Source of the DNA: Mobula hypostoma
Lineage: Eukaryota
Assembly: GCF_963921235.1 (NCBI RefSeq)
Contig: NC_086097.1
Span: 193,752,001 to 193,816,000 of the forward strand
Direction: 5' to 3'
Length of the DNA stretch: 64,000 nt
In this document: positions 38,101 through 46,860 of the stretch, one piece after another
Layout: each line of letters opens with the position of its first letter
Position numbering within the stretch: the first letter of the stretch is position 1
Notes under the pieces: model-generated
The model's input: only the letters and a program-made list of their open reading frames with translations
Database searches by the model: none
What the model was told of the DNA's origin: nothing
Program-made: the position numbers and the translations under genes

Positions 38101-41100
38101 AATTTTCACTGTTAGTACATCAGCAGTAATCCTTTGTATTGCTATGTTGCAATTTTTATCCTTCTTTCAAATGTGAAATTAGATAGCTTTTTGTAAGTGT
38201 TTTTGGGAACTGTTAAATCTTTCCATCGAATCAGTGTATCAAAATAATCTCCACTCAATCTCTACCTATTCAAGGTCTTAAACACAGAATAGAACATAGA
38301 ATAATAGTACTGCACATTACAGGCCCTTCGGCTCACAATGTTGTGCCAACCCTCAAATCCTGCCTCCCATATAACCTTCCACCTTAAATTCCTCCATATA
38401 CCTGTCTAGTAGTGTCTTAAACTTCACGAGTATATCTGCCGCCACCACTGACTCAGGCAGTGCATTCCACGCACCAACCACTCTCTGAGTTAAAAACCTT
38501 CCTCTAATATCCTCCTTGAACTTCTCACTCCTTGCCTTAAAGCCATGTCCTCTTGTATTGAGCAGCGGTGCCCTGGGGAAGAGGTGCTGGCTATCCACTC
38601 TATCTATTCCTCTTATTATCTTGTATACCTCTATCATGTCTCCTTTCATCCTCCATCTCGCCAAAGAGTAAAGCCCTAGCTCCCTTAATCTCTGATCATA
38701 ATGCATAGTCTCTAAACCAGGCAGCATCCTAGTAAATCTCCTCTGTGCCCTTTCCAATGCTTCCATAGTGAGGCGACCAGAACTGGAAACAGTACTCCAA
38801 TTGTGGCCGAACCAGAGCTTTATAGAGCTGCATCATTACCTCGCAACTCTTAAACTCTATCCCTCGACTTATAAAAGCTAACACCCCATAAGCTTTCTTA
38901 ACTACACTATCTACCTGTGAGGCAACTTTCAAGGATCTGTGGACATGTACCCCCAGATCCCTCTGCTCCTCCGCACTACCAAGTATCCTGCCATTTACTT
39001 TGTACTCTGCCTTGGAGTTTGTCCTTCCAAGGTGTACCACCTCACACTTCTCCGGGTTGAACTCCATCTGCCACTTCTCAGCCCACTTCTGCATCCTATC
39101 TATGTCTCTCTGCAATCTTCGACAATCCTCTACACTATCTACAACACCTCCAACCTTTGTGTCGTCTGCAAACTTGCCAACCCACCCTTCTACCCCCACA
39201 TCCAGGTCGTTAATAAAAATCACGAAAAGTAGAGGTCCCAGAACAGATCCTTGTGGGACACCACTAGTCACAATCCTCCAATCTGAATGTACTCCCTCCA
39301 CCACGACTCTGCTTTCTGCAGGCAAGCCAATTCTGAATCCACCTGGCCAAACTTCCCTGGATCCCATGCCTTCTGACTTTCTGAATAAGCCTACCATGTG
39401 ATACCTTGTCAAATGCCTCACATCCACTGCACTACCCTCATCTATATGCCTGGTCACCTCCTCAAAGAACTCTATCAGGCTTGTTATACACGATCTGCCC
39501 TTCACAAAGCCATGCTGACTGTCCCTGATTAGACCATGATTCTCTAAATGCCCATAGATCCTATCTCTAAGAATCATGACATTTTACTGTGATAAAAAGC
39601 AGAATATGCAAGAGTGCTGTGGTGAAGTCTTTTAAACTTCAGTGGTGCTCCACCTCAATTAAAACATGAGAAATTTCTTGATAAAACCTGCTCTAGGAAT
39701 TCCCTTTACCTCGCTATAAGAGTTTGCCAGTATTTCTTTTTTCTTTTTTCTTCCCATTCCATCGCTTTCCTCACCCTTTCACCTTCTGTCCATCTTCATC
39801 TCCTTTATCCTTTCTCAATCATTCTTGATCCTCAATCTTTCTCTCCTTCCCCCATCTCTCCCAATCTATCTCAACCTAGTTATTCCACTGACCTCATTCC
39901 ATTTGACAAATAACATCCTTATACTTGACCATCAATTAGCTTTGTCACATACATCGGAACATACAGTGAAGTGCATTGTTTGCTTCAAATCAAATCAGCG
40001 AAGATTGTGCTGAACAGTCCACAAGTTTAGACATGCTTCTGGCACCAATACAGCATGCCCACAACTAATTAACCCCAACCATCTCAGGAATGTGGGAGGA
40101 AGCCAGATCACTCAGAAGAAACCCATGCAAACTTCCTTTCTCAAAATCACTTTCTTTAAGTTCCTATTTCTTTAAGTTCCTATTTCTTTAAATTCCATTC
40201 AAATAAGCCACTATTTAGAGAACTCCACTCAATTCACTGTTTTACTGGAAACTCACTGGCTATTTGACAATTTTTACAATTTTTATCAAATTGAAATCAG
40301 TACTTACTCCAATGAATTACCACTCAATGAGTTAAGGCGAATGTAACTTCTGGTATCCAAAGATGGATAGAAATTGCAGAAGCATTAGCTGTAATTTTAT
40401 AAATCTGACTGGATGGATAAAGTCAGTTAAACCCAAATGACTTTTCTCTCCTATTTTTAAAATAGAAAGAATTTACAATTAAGAAGAAACAAGGGCCTTT
40501 GAAAGCTAACCATAGCATTCCAATTTTAAGTAAACTTAATTTCCTGTGAAACAAGCCTGCTAAGAGAGGTAGAGGATGGGAGTGCAAAGGGGTGCATTTG
40601 ATTCAAGCGGAATTTGGAAAAACAATAACTAGACTTCATAATGATGATCCAGTGTTCTGTGCTAAATTTCCAATCTTTTACATTTTGCAGTGTTAGCAGT
40701 TTATTCTATTCTGGCCCCACCTGATGTTTTGCACTTTTAACACCTATATAGGTATTTTGGTCAACATGAACAAATTGGGCCAAAAGGTCTGTTTCCATGC
40801 TCTATATGCAGGGGATACCTCTTCGTACAGGAGTGGTTTGATAATAATCAATGTAGCAACATGTTCAAATTTCTACTTTTTAATTTAATAATACTTTGGA
40901 AATGGGTCAGACTAGGTAAGGATGACAGGTTTACTTATTAGTGAACCAGATGGGTTTTCCAGAAATCTCTAGTTTGGTTATTATCATCTCTAAGAAAAAT
41001 TGCATTGATGCTTTGGTGAGATTTGAATTTGGTTTTCTAGATTATTGGTCCAGATCTCAGATTACAAGTCTGATAATCTAAATGATGTACCACTACTGCA

Positions 41101-44100
41101 CTCATCCTTTTGTATGATCTACTTATGCTAACACACTTACAAAACGTCAAAAAAAGACTAGTAGTCTACCTTGCCTGTCCTATTCAGTGAATGTGCCTTC
41201 AAGATATCACATCACATAAAGATGTTATAGAATCATAAAATCATTCAGCATGGAAACAGGTCCTTTAAGACAAAATGATCCATGCCAATCAAGATTCTCA
41301 TCCAAGCTAGTCCCATTTTCATTTGGCCCATAATGTCCTAAAAGGTGTACTAGTCCAAATGCTTTTTTAAAAGCTGGTGTTGTACTTGAATCAATCACTT
41401 CCTCTGGCAACACGTTCTACATATTTAGGGCATTATGATCTCTAGATCTATCGTGTTCCCCTACACAAACTTCAGTCTCCTGCCCTGTCTCATTCCCTGA
41501 TAGGAGGTTTTGTATCACACCCTCTCTAGTTGAGACCTCTATGTACTGATTAAGAAAACTTCCCTGAACATATTTGACAAGCTCTATTCCACCCATCCGT
41601 TTTACAGTCTCAGAGACCCAGTCAATATGTGGAAAGTTAAAATCACCTGCTATCACAGCCTTATATTTCTTGCAACAGTCTGCTATCTCTCTTTAGTTCT
41701 GTTCCTCTAAATTCCATGGACTATTGAGAGGTCGATAATATAATCCAATTAACATGGTCATCCCTTTCTCAATCCTCAGTTCCACCCATAGAACATCAGT
41801 AGATGAACTCTCCAGTCTGTCCTGTCTAAGCACTGTCATAACATTTTCCATGACTAGTAATGCCATCCCTCCCCCTTTAATCCCTCCCACTTTACCATGT
41901 CTGAAACAATGGACTCCTGGAACTTTGAGCTGCCAGTGCTAAACCTCCAGCAGCCAAGTCTCACTAATGGCTAGAATGTTGCTGAGGGGAACAGCCACAG
42001 GAGTACTCTGCACTGATTCCCTATCCCCTTTCCCCCTCCTGACACTTAACCATCACCCGTGTCCTGGACCTTGGATGTAACTGCATCCCTGTATGTCCTG
42101 TTGATCAACCTCTCAGCCTCCTGAGTGATCCACCGTTCAAGTAGTTCCAGCAATTCTTTAGCACAATCTGAAAGAAGCTGCAGCTGGATGCACCTCTTGC
42201 AGGTGTAGTCATCAGGGACATTGGAGGTCTCCTTTCCTTCCCACATCCCGCAAGGGCAGCATTCCACTGTCCTGTCTGGCAAATCCACTGCTCTAACTGT
42301 GCAGAAAGAAAGAAAGAAAAATTAAATGAAGGAATCTGCCGACAGCCTTCCCCTCCCTTGCTGAAACCTCTGTATGAGCTAAGTCCCTACATCCCTAGTC
42401 TAACACTGGTCCGATCCCACAAAGGCTGCTCTGCTTAAACCTTACTTTTATATTGGACCCTGCCAAGTGCCTAATTATGCACAATTCAACATCTCCTTGG
42501 GAATTGTGGTATGCAAGTGTCCTGCTTCTTTTAAATTCTCGAAAGATGCAGAACGTTTTTCTTATCAAAAGAGTAACAGTTCCTTAGAAAAGTGCTTGCT
42601 TTATTATTGGTGCTCTGTAAAATAGGAAGTTGTTAGAAAGAGCAAAGGGAGCGGGGGTAATTGATGTGCTGATGTTATTTACTCCTTGTGATTGATGAAG
42701 GGTAGACTATCTTGTGACTAATAATGTTTACATTTTCAAACCAACATATGGACGTAATAATATTTGCTAACAAATTACAATTTTTTGAGCCGAATGTAAT
42801 TAAATCAATGTTTTACTTTCTTAGAGCTATTGCAATTTACTGATGAGAAAATCTATTTACAATGCACAGTAATCAATTCAGGCAAGAGCTACATCCCAAA
42901 TAGTATAAATCATACTTAGTGGAAACCTCTGGACAAATTTTTTTCCCCAAACTGTCCATGTGACTTTGTTCCAGTTTTAAATTCTCCCAGGAAACTATAT
43001 TGTGCCATAGGAAAATCATTATACTGCATGGAATTCAGGGAGAACTAGCTAATTGGTTCCACAATTGAATTGAGGGAGGAAGCGGAGGATGAAGGCGGAA
43101 GGCTGTTTCCCTGACTGGAGGCCTATGCCTCAGAGGGTGGCACTGGGTCTCTTGTTGTTCACCATCTATATCAAATATTTGGATAAAAATGTACAAGGCA
43201 TAGTTAGTAGGTCTGCAGTTGACTATGAAGAAGGACAGGTTGGGTCCACGGGTTGAGATTCAAAATTGAAAAAAGGCCAATTTTGATGGTATCAGAAAAG
43301 ATATGGCAAGTATGGACTGTGACAGGTTGCTTTTTGGCAGAGGTGGGAGGCCTTCAAAACTGAAAAATTAAGAGTACATAGTTTGCATTTTTCTATCAGA
43401 ATAAAAGGCAAGGATAACAGGTTTAAGGAACCTTGGTTTTCAAGAGATATCGAGGCCCTGGAGGAGATGCATGGTAGATATAGGCAGGAAGGAGCAAATG
43501 AAGAATTTGAAGAGTATAAGAAATATGAGTGAACACGTAAGAAGGAATCAGGAGGGCTTAAAAAAATATGAGCTTGCTCTAGCAGACAAGGGGAAGGAGA
43601 ACCCCAAGGGTTCTACAAATACAGTGCAGAATTCCAAGGGTTTCTGCAGAAATATCATGAGCAAAAGGATAGCAAAGGACAAAATTGATCCTCTGGAATA
43701 TCAGATTGGCAATCTATGCATGAAGCTGAGAAGAGAGGGGGAGATCTTAAATGGATTTTTTTGCATCTGTATTTACTTGGGAGATGGGCACAGTCAATAG
43801 AAGTGAGGCAAAGGAGCCATGGACCATATACAGATTACAGAGGAGGAGAAGGTTTTTGCTGTATTGAGCAAATTAAGGTGAATAAATCCCCAGGATCTGA
43901 CAAGGTGCACCTTGTGGGAGACTACTGCAGAAACTGCAGGTGCCGAAGCAGAGGTATTAAAAACATCCTTAGCCACAGGTGAGGTGCCAGAGAATTGGAA
44001 ATCAGCTAAAGTTGTTCCATTGTTTTAGAAGGGGTCTAAGAATAAGGGACTGATTAGTGATAGACAGGATGGCTCTGTGCATGGTAAGTTGTGACTAACC

Positions 44101-46550
44101 AATCCTATAAAGTTTTTAGGGAAGTTACCAGAAAAGTTAATGAAGACAAGGCAGTGGATTTTGTCCACATGTACTTTAGCATGGCCTTTGGCAAGGTCCC
44201 GCATGGGAGGGTGGTCCAGAAGGTTCAGTTGTTTGGCATTAAAAATGAGGTAGTAAGTTGGATTAGACATTAGCTTCATGGGAGAAGCCAGAGAGTAGCA
44301 GTAGATAGTTGCCTCTCTGAGCAGATGCCCCTGACTAGTGGTGTATTGCAGGGATTGGTGGTGTGTCCATTGTTTTTTGTCATCTATCAATGATCTGGAT
44401 GATAATATGGTAAACTGGATCAGCAAAATTACAGCTGACACCAAGACTGGGGTGTAGTGGACAGTAAGAAAGACTAACAAAGCTTGCAGCAAGATCTGGA
44501 CAAGCTGGAAAAATGGGGTGAAAACTGCAGATGGAATTTAATACAGACTAGTGTGAGGGGTTGCACTTTGGAAGGACAAGCCAGGGTAGCACTTGCCTAG
44601 TGAGCTGTAAGGCACTGAGGAGTGTGGTGGAACAGAGGGATACAGATCCATTATTCCTTGGAAGTGGTGTCACATGTAGATAGGGTCATAAAGAAAGCTT
44701 TTGGCACATTGGCCTTCATAAACCCATGTACTGAGTTCAGGAGTTGGGATGTTATGTTGAAATTGTATTAGATGTTGGTGAGGACTGATTTGGCATATTG
44801 TGCACAGTTTTGGTTACCTACCTGCAGGAAAGATGAAAGAAGGCAGAGAAAATTTACAAGGGTGTGGCCAGGACTTGAGGACCGGAGTTACAGGGAAAGG
44901 TTGAATAGGCTCGGACTTCATTCCCTAGAGTGTAGGGGAATGAGGTGAGATTTGATTGAGGTAAACAAAATTATGAGGTGTATAGATAGGGTAATTGCAA
45001 GTAGGTTTATTTCCCACTTAGGCTGGGTGAGACTAGAACTAGAGGTCATGGGTTAAGATGAAATGTGAAAAGTTTAAGGGGAACACAAAAGGAAACTTCT
45101 TCACTCAGAGGATGTTAAGAGTGTGCAATGAGCTGTCAGCTGAAGTGGTGATGTGGGTCCGATTTCAACATTTAAGAGAACTTTGGACAGGTAGATGGAT
45201 GGAAAGTGCATGGAAAGATATGATCATGGTGCAGGTTGATGGGACTAGGCAGATTAATTGCATGGCGTGGACTAGATGGGCTGAATGGCCTGTTTCTGTA
45301 CCATGTTTCTGTTTGTGTTCCATGCCTCTATGACTCTATTTCAGTGTTCAGAATTCACATGTAATTGCTAATTTTCTCTTAATTTCTTTCTTTTCTTAAA
45401 CTTTCTGAACACAGACAAGCTGCAATTGCTGAAAAAAGTAAGTATTATATTTTCAGATATTTTATGAATATATATGTAAATAGCAGTTTAAATAAATGAT
45501 TTACTGATAATTAGCATTGATGTGTTTAAAAGGATACATCATATGTGAGAATTTAGGATTATTTATTTTTCTCAAACTACCACTGATTTTGCTGGACATT
45601 GAGTTATAGGTCTGAGGGCAGCTATTCACTGCCCTGAACTACTTCCAGCATTCACCAAAGCTACTTCAATTACATGTCTGCATTTCTGAATTTCTTCCTG
45701 AAATACCCAGTTAGGGACAGGAGAAAGGCTTGTGATTAATTTGCCATCTTAAGTTTCAATGTACCATACAGAGGCAACACCAAATTCCCACCTGGGAACA
45801 ATCTATTCCTGGCCCAACTAGTTGCTGTTACAACCATAACTTCAGCATCAGCTTTGTAATTCGACATGTAATTCCACAAGAAATGTTGACTTTTTTTCTG
45901 TTAGATCGTGCTCGAGTTATCGGAGGTTTGCCTGACGTTGTCACAATTCAAGAAGGGAAGGTAAATGCTCTCATACTTCCAGGTGGCATGTCTGGTACAG
46001 GCATTTTATATTTAAATAAATATTACACTGTGCATGTATTAATAATATATCAAACTTATCATAACAGATATTGGACCTCTAGTTTTCTAATGATTAGCAA
46101 AATAACTATTTACGACTACAATTTAAATGTATATGTCCACAGACTAATAGAAAGGTATCTTTAATTTTAAATAAATACATTTTATTCTATAATAACTCTT
46201 TTGACATTTGTTGAGAGAATCATTGTGTATTACTATTTTTAATATCTTTTCAGTCACTTAACCTTACTTGTAATGTCTGGGGAGAACCTGTTCCTTCGGT
46301 TTCCTGGTTGAAGAATGAAAGGGAACTGTTAGGAGATGCTCATCTGATACTGAAGTTTGAATCTGGAAAATTTGCTTCCTTCATCATCACCGATGTCAGG
46401 ACCACAGACTCTGGCAGATATAGCATCCTTGTGAAAAACAAATATGGCACTGAGACAGGCGATTTTACAGTAAGTGTTTTCATACCTGAGGAAGAGGAGC
46501 AAATTGAAAAGGAAAAAGCACAAAAGGAAAAAGCACCAAAGAAAAAGTGA
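2950..46550 (+). CDS. MYOM1: Myomesin-1, 3' part (Ig domains My9-My13 and helical linkers), 16 coding exons; 5' exons lie upstream of the window
   Basis: join(2950-3106,4299-4405,6886-6930,7022-7158,16022-16166,20319-20378,24580-24647,28713-28826,31992-32079,34749-34787,34881-34986,35261-35424,37319-37355,45415-45437,45905-45960,46254-46550). All introns are GT-AG with consistent phases. The translation (TKEITVDVDDNGVISLIFEC...GPHFVEYLKWEV...VANIKKET...EKHDFKDGVCTLL...GEQIWLQINEPT...DFTVSVFIPEEE) follows vertebrate MYOM1 as I recall it, better than MYOM2/3. Confidence 0.95.
4299..4405 (+). CDS. MYOM1: MYOM1 exon (My9 C-half)
   Basis: aaatag|A...GAAG|gtatt; TRLIFNDPGKEDLGVYSCVVTETDGVSSSYTINEE. 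Confidence 0.95.
5055..6738 (+). mobile_element. Tigger (pogo-like Tc1/mariner) deletion derivative, interrupted by a LINE
   Basis: TA|caggttgagtagcccttat ... ataaggtatactcaactcg|TA TIRs with TA TSD; ORF 5217 RKTLHKTK...VLKKWIRQHQSEHVPLN..IMKQARIY..LKIEGNC is a CENP-B-type HTH remnant. Confidence 0.85.
5384..6346 (-). mobile_element. Internally deleted Rex1/Babar-like LINE (5' end and AP endonuclease N-term fused to ORF C-term and 3' tail)
   Basis: RSVGNKMDEF...CSVMCFT.T.L..., VLVNNRWC (AP endonuclease) joined near 5643 to PRYNTGRHWRSFLPVAIKL and a short-repeat tail. Confidence 0.75.
6886..6930 (+). CDS. MYOM1: MYOM1 exon (My9-My10 helical linker)
   Basis: ttgcag|AG...CCAG|gttggt; (E)LLRLLEISHEHKFP. 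Confidence 0.93.
7022..7158 (+). CDS. MYOM1: MYOM1 exon (My10 N-half)
   Basis: ggcag|TT...GAG|gtaag; (V)VPLKSELAVELLDKGQVRFWLEAERLSPNGQCKFVFNDKEVKNDE. Confidence 0.95.
7921..8262 (+). mobile_element. tRNA-derived V-SINE (HE1-like), decayed
   Basis: A/B-box-like tggtagagcagcagttag / ggttcaaacc, V-domain ggtttcttcaagatgctccagtttcctccc...ccaaaagatgtgcaagttaattg, CR1-like tail. Confidence 0.7.
8130..8164. repeat. (TG)n microsatellite
   Basis: About 17 perfect TG units. Confidence 0.95.
8875..9327 (-). mobile_element. CR1 LINE fragment, decayed
   Basis: atagaacatagaac tail and reverse-strand RT C-terminal remnants (cacagtactc, ccagagttttataca). Confidence 0.75.
10345..14281 (+). mobile_element. 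CR1 LINE ORF2 (endonuclease and RT) with many stops; tail split by nested insertions at about 12980-14197
   Basis: ORFs 11725 (VGKLLESIIKD...SQHSFL...DVVYLDLQKAF) and 12480; the tail resumes at aatcagccataatgg and ends cttatggtct. Confidence 0.9.
13321..14148 (-). mobile_element. About 830-bp non-coding interspersed repeat, copy 1 (probable non-autonomous retroposon)
   Basis: Colinear with 29628-30465; 5' end aaaatgatggcgctaaacggcgactc; 3' end ctctgacattaaatgtagctattgaacc. Confidence 0.8.
14490..14958 (+). mobile_element. 5'-truncated CR1 LINE
   Basis: Open 123-aa ORF2 C-terminus (LGLYSLEFRRMRGDLIETF...FFSQRVVNLWNLLP) and (cttatggt)n tail. Confidence 0.92.
15392..15925 (-). mobile_element. 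Rex1/Babar-like LINE 3' fragment
   Basis: GRRYQSLKVST..LKVSFYSVTTRLLN end-of-ORF motif; tail gtgacaataataaac. Confidence 0.65.
16022..16166 (+). CDS. MYOM1: MYOM1 exon (My10 C-half)
   Basis: cccag|AAA...GATG|gtgag; KYKIKVDHKTGLVEMIMEKLEDIDEGTYTIQLQDGKANNQSSLVLIGD. Confidence 0.95.
18565..18793. mobile_element. Palindromic 229-bp Penelope-terminus mini element
   Basis: Two inverted termini back to back; 12-bp TSD gataggaattaa at 18553-18564 and 18794-18805. Confidence 0.85.
19182..19583 (+). mobile_element. Rex1/Babar-like LINE 3' fragment nested in the Penelope element
   Basis: RRYRSLRTLTISFRNNYYPSTTRLL motif; tail actttgaactttga. Confidence 0.7.
20319..20378 (+). CDS. MYOM1: MYOM1 exon (My10-My11 helical linker)
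   Basis: ttttag|TG...CAAG|gtaaa; (V)FKNLQKEAEFQRGEWLRKQ. Confidence 0.95.
21537..21572 (-). ncRNA. Minimal (dimer-type) type I hammerhead ribozyme motif, intact
   Basis: AGUC-CUGAUGA-AGGGUCUUGGCCU-GAAA-CGUC-GACU: both core boxes, stem I AGUC/GACU, stem II, GUC cleavage triplet, palindromic ACGU. Confidence 0.85.
22373..22408 (+). ncRNA. Minimal hammerhead motif with a stem I mismatch next to the cleavage site
   Basis: AGUC-CUGACGA-AAGGUCUUGGCCU-GAAA-CGUC-AACU. Confidence 0.7.
22940..23175 (+). mobile_element. V-SINE remnant
   Basis: gcatgttctccctgtagccatgtggg...ccctcccatatctcaaggacatg...aagttaattgg V-domain-like sequence. Confidence 0.6.
23458..23612 (-). mobile_element. Solo Penelope 3' terminus
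   Basis: Nearly identical to 21438-21592. Confidence 0.9.
23557..23592 (-). ncRNA. Minimal (dimer-type) type I hammerhead ribozyme motif, intact
   Basis: AGUC-CUGACGA-AGGGUCUUAGCCC-GAAA-CGUC-GACU. Confidence 0.85.
24580..24647 (+). CDS. MYOM1: MYOM1 exon (My11)
   Basis: aacag|GT...AAG|gtaaa; (G)PHFVEYLKWEVTSDCNVLLKCK. Confidence 0.95.
25347..26716 (-). mobile_element. Penelope-like element (RT thumb to GIY-YIG, decayed) with short inverted terminus
   Basis: YKPKDSHSYLDYTPSHP..CK remnant, GIY-YIG C-terminal remnants; TSD gttattga(t/g)tacctgc at 25331-25346 and 26717-26732. Confidence 0.9.
28713..28826 (+). CDS. MYOM1: MYOM1 exon (My11)
   Basis: tttag|GTG...CAG|gtatg; VANIKKETSIIWYKDDREIMFDEKHDFKDGVCTLLVQQ. 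Confidence 0.95.
29628..30465 (-). mobile_element. About 830-bp non-coding interspersed repeat, copy 2
   Basis: Colinear with 13321-14148. Confidence 0.8.
31177..31879. mobile_element. Tc1/mariner-superfamily (Tigger-like) MITE
   Basis: TIRs gtggattcctgttaattggg ... cccaattaactggaaaccactg|TA. Confidence 0.65.
31992..32079 (+). CDS. MYOM1: MYOM1 exon (My11 C-term)
   Basis: aatag|TTT...AAAG|gtatg; FSKKDAGTYELVLKDDRGRDSSFLRLLEK. Confidence 0.95.
33125..33250. mobile_element. Palindromic Penelope-terminus-derived mini element
   Basis: Near-perfect hairpin 33125-33207 centred on aggcct; shares aaggaattgtcaat with the element at 135-280. Confidence 0.7.
33670..34287 (+). mobile_element. Decayed Penelope 3' end, apparently nested in an older terminus-derived element (about 33500-34340)
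   Basis: ccattttaattc...ctccaacctga GIY-YIG C-term remnant, polypyrimidine UTR, agtcCTGATGA...GAAAcatt at 34201-34232. Confidence 0.75.
34749..34787 (+). CDS. MYOM1: MYOM1 exon (My11-My12 helical linker)
   Basis: tttcag|CT...GCTG|gtgag; (A)FSDVISEVCRMA. Confidence 0.92.
34881..34986 (+). CDS. MYOM1: MYOM1 exon (My12 N-half)
   Basis: ttgtag|CT...CACAA|gtaag; (A)LTATDVKVQSTEHGIRLYSFVSYYLEDLKTMWYH(K). Confidence 0.95.
35261..35424 (+). CDS. MYOM1: MYOM1 exon (My12 C-half)
   Basis: ctgcag|G...ACTG|gtaag; DTKLASTDRVKSGITGEQIWLQINEPTEKDQGKYTMELFDGKEGHKKSVELTGT. Confidence 0.95.
37319..37355 (+). CDS. MYOM1: MYOM1 exon (My12-My13 helix, first part)
   Basis: polypyrimidine tract, gaaag|TA...CTGAA|gtaag; (V)FEEAFAEFQRL(K). 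Confidence 0.93.
38283..39576 (-). mobile_element. 5'-truncated, relatively young CR1 LINE
   Basis: ORFs 38729..39577 ([35 protein letters not shown]) and 38353..38766. Confidence 0.95.
41228..42545 (-). mobile_element. Internally deleted CR1 (ORF1 N-term and endonuclease remnant joined to the 3' tail, no RT)
   Basis: 42046..42288 ECCPCGMWE...DDYTCKRCIQLQLL (ORF1 zinc finger and zipper); 41417..41890 GGGMALLV, GLYYRP, AGDFNFPHIDW, SRDHN; tail 41228-41415. Confidence 0.8.
43020..45340 (+). mobile_element. Decayed CR1 LINE fragments
   Basis: RT remnants (EVTRKVNEDKAVDFVHMYFSMAFGKVPH; GNFFTQRMLRVCNEL), tail ctctatgactctat. Confidence 0.85.
45415..45437 (+). CDS. MYOM1: MYOM1 23-nt micro-exon (My12-My13 helix, second part)
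   Basis: acacag|A...AAAA|gtaag; QAAIAEK; needed to keep the frame between its neighbours. Confidence 0.92.
45905..45960 (+). CDS. MYOM1: MYOM1 exon (My13 start)
   Basis: gttag|AT...AAG|gtaaa; (N)RARVIGGLPDVVTIQEGK. Confidence 0.95.
46254..46550 (+). CDS. MYOM1: MYOM1 last coding exon (My13 dimerisation Ig domain and tail)
   Basis: tttcag|TCA...TGA; SLNLTCNVWGEPVPSVSWLKNERELLGDAHLILKFESGKFASFIITDVRTTDSGRYSILVKNKYGTETGDFTVSVFIPEEEEQIEKEKAQKEKAPKKK*. Confidence 0.95.
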   Translation, partial: SLNLTCNVWGEPVPSVSWLKNERELLGDAHLILKFESGKFASFIITDVRTTDSGRYSILVKNKYGTETGDFTVSVFIPEEEEQIEKEKAQKEKAPKKK

Positions 46551-46854
46551 GGCAGTTGTATTGAGGAAGATAAAAGAAAACAAACAAGCTGAAGCTAACA
46601 TATTATCAGCAGTGTGTAAGTTTTGACATGGAGGTTAGTTTGTCACTTGGTGAGACTGGAGGAATGACTTTCAAGAAGCAATTTTATAGACTTACAGCAA
46701 GTCTACTAGTCACTGAGTGCATCTGAAAAATTGAGTTAGAGAAGTAGAATTCCATAAGATAGTTTTTTAGCAACTGTTTTTTGTGTCCCAAATATCAATG
46801 TGAACACCAAATGATGACAATGTTGTAATGATTAAAATCCCAGAACAATTCACT

Positions 46855-46860
46855 AATAAA
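46855..46860 (+). terminator. Candidate poly(A) signal for MYOM1 (alternatives at 47718, 48882, 49344)
   Basis: First AATAAA after the stop codon, with GT/T-rich sequence about 45 nt downstream; actual usage cannot be read from DNA. Confidence 0.35.

Noticed and set aside
2950..46550. Alternative identity as MYOM2, MYOM3, titin or MyBP-C
   Set aside because: Diagnostic stretches (HEHKFP, EKHDFKDG.CTLL, DFTVSVFIPEEE) and the terminal domain order fit MYOM1.
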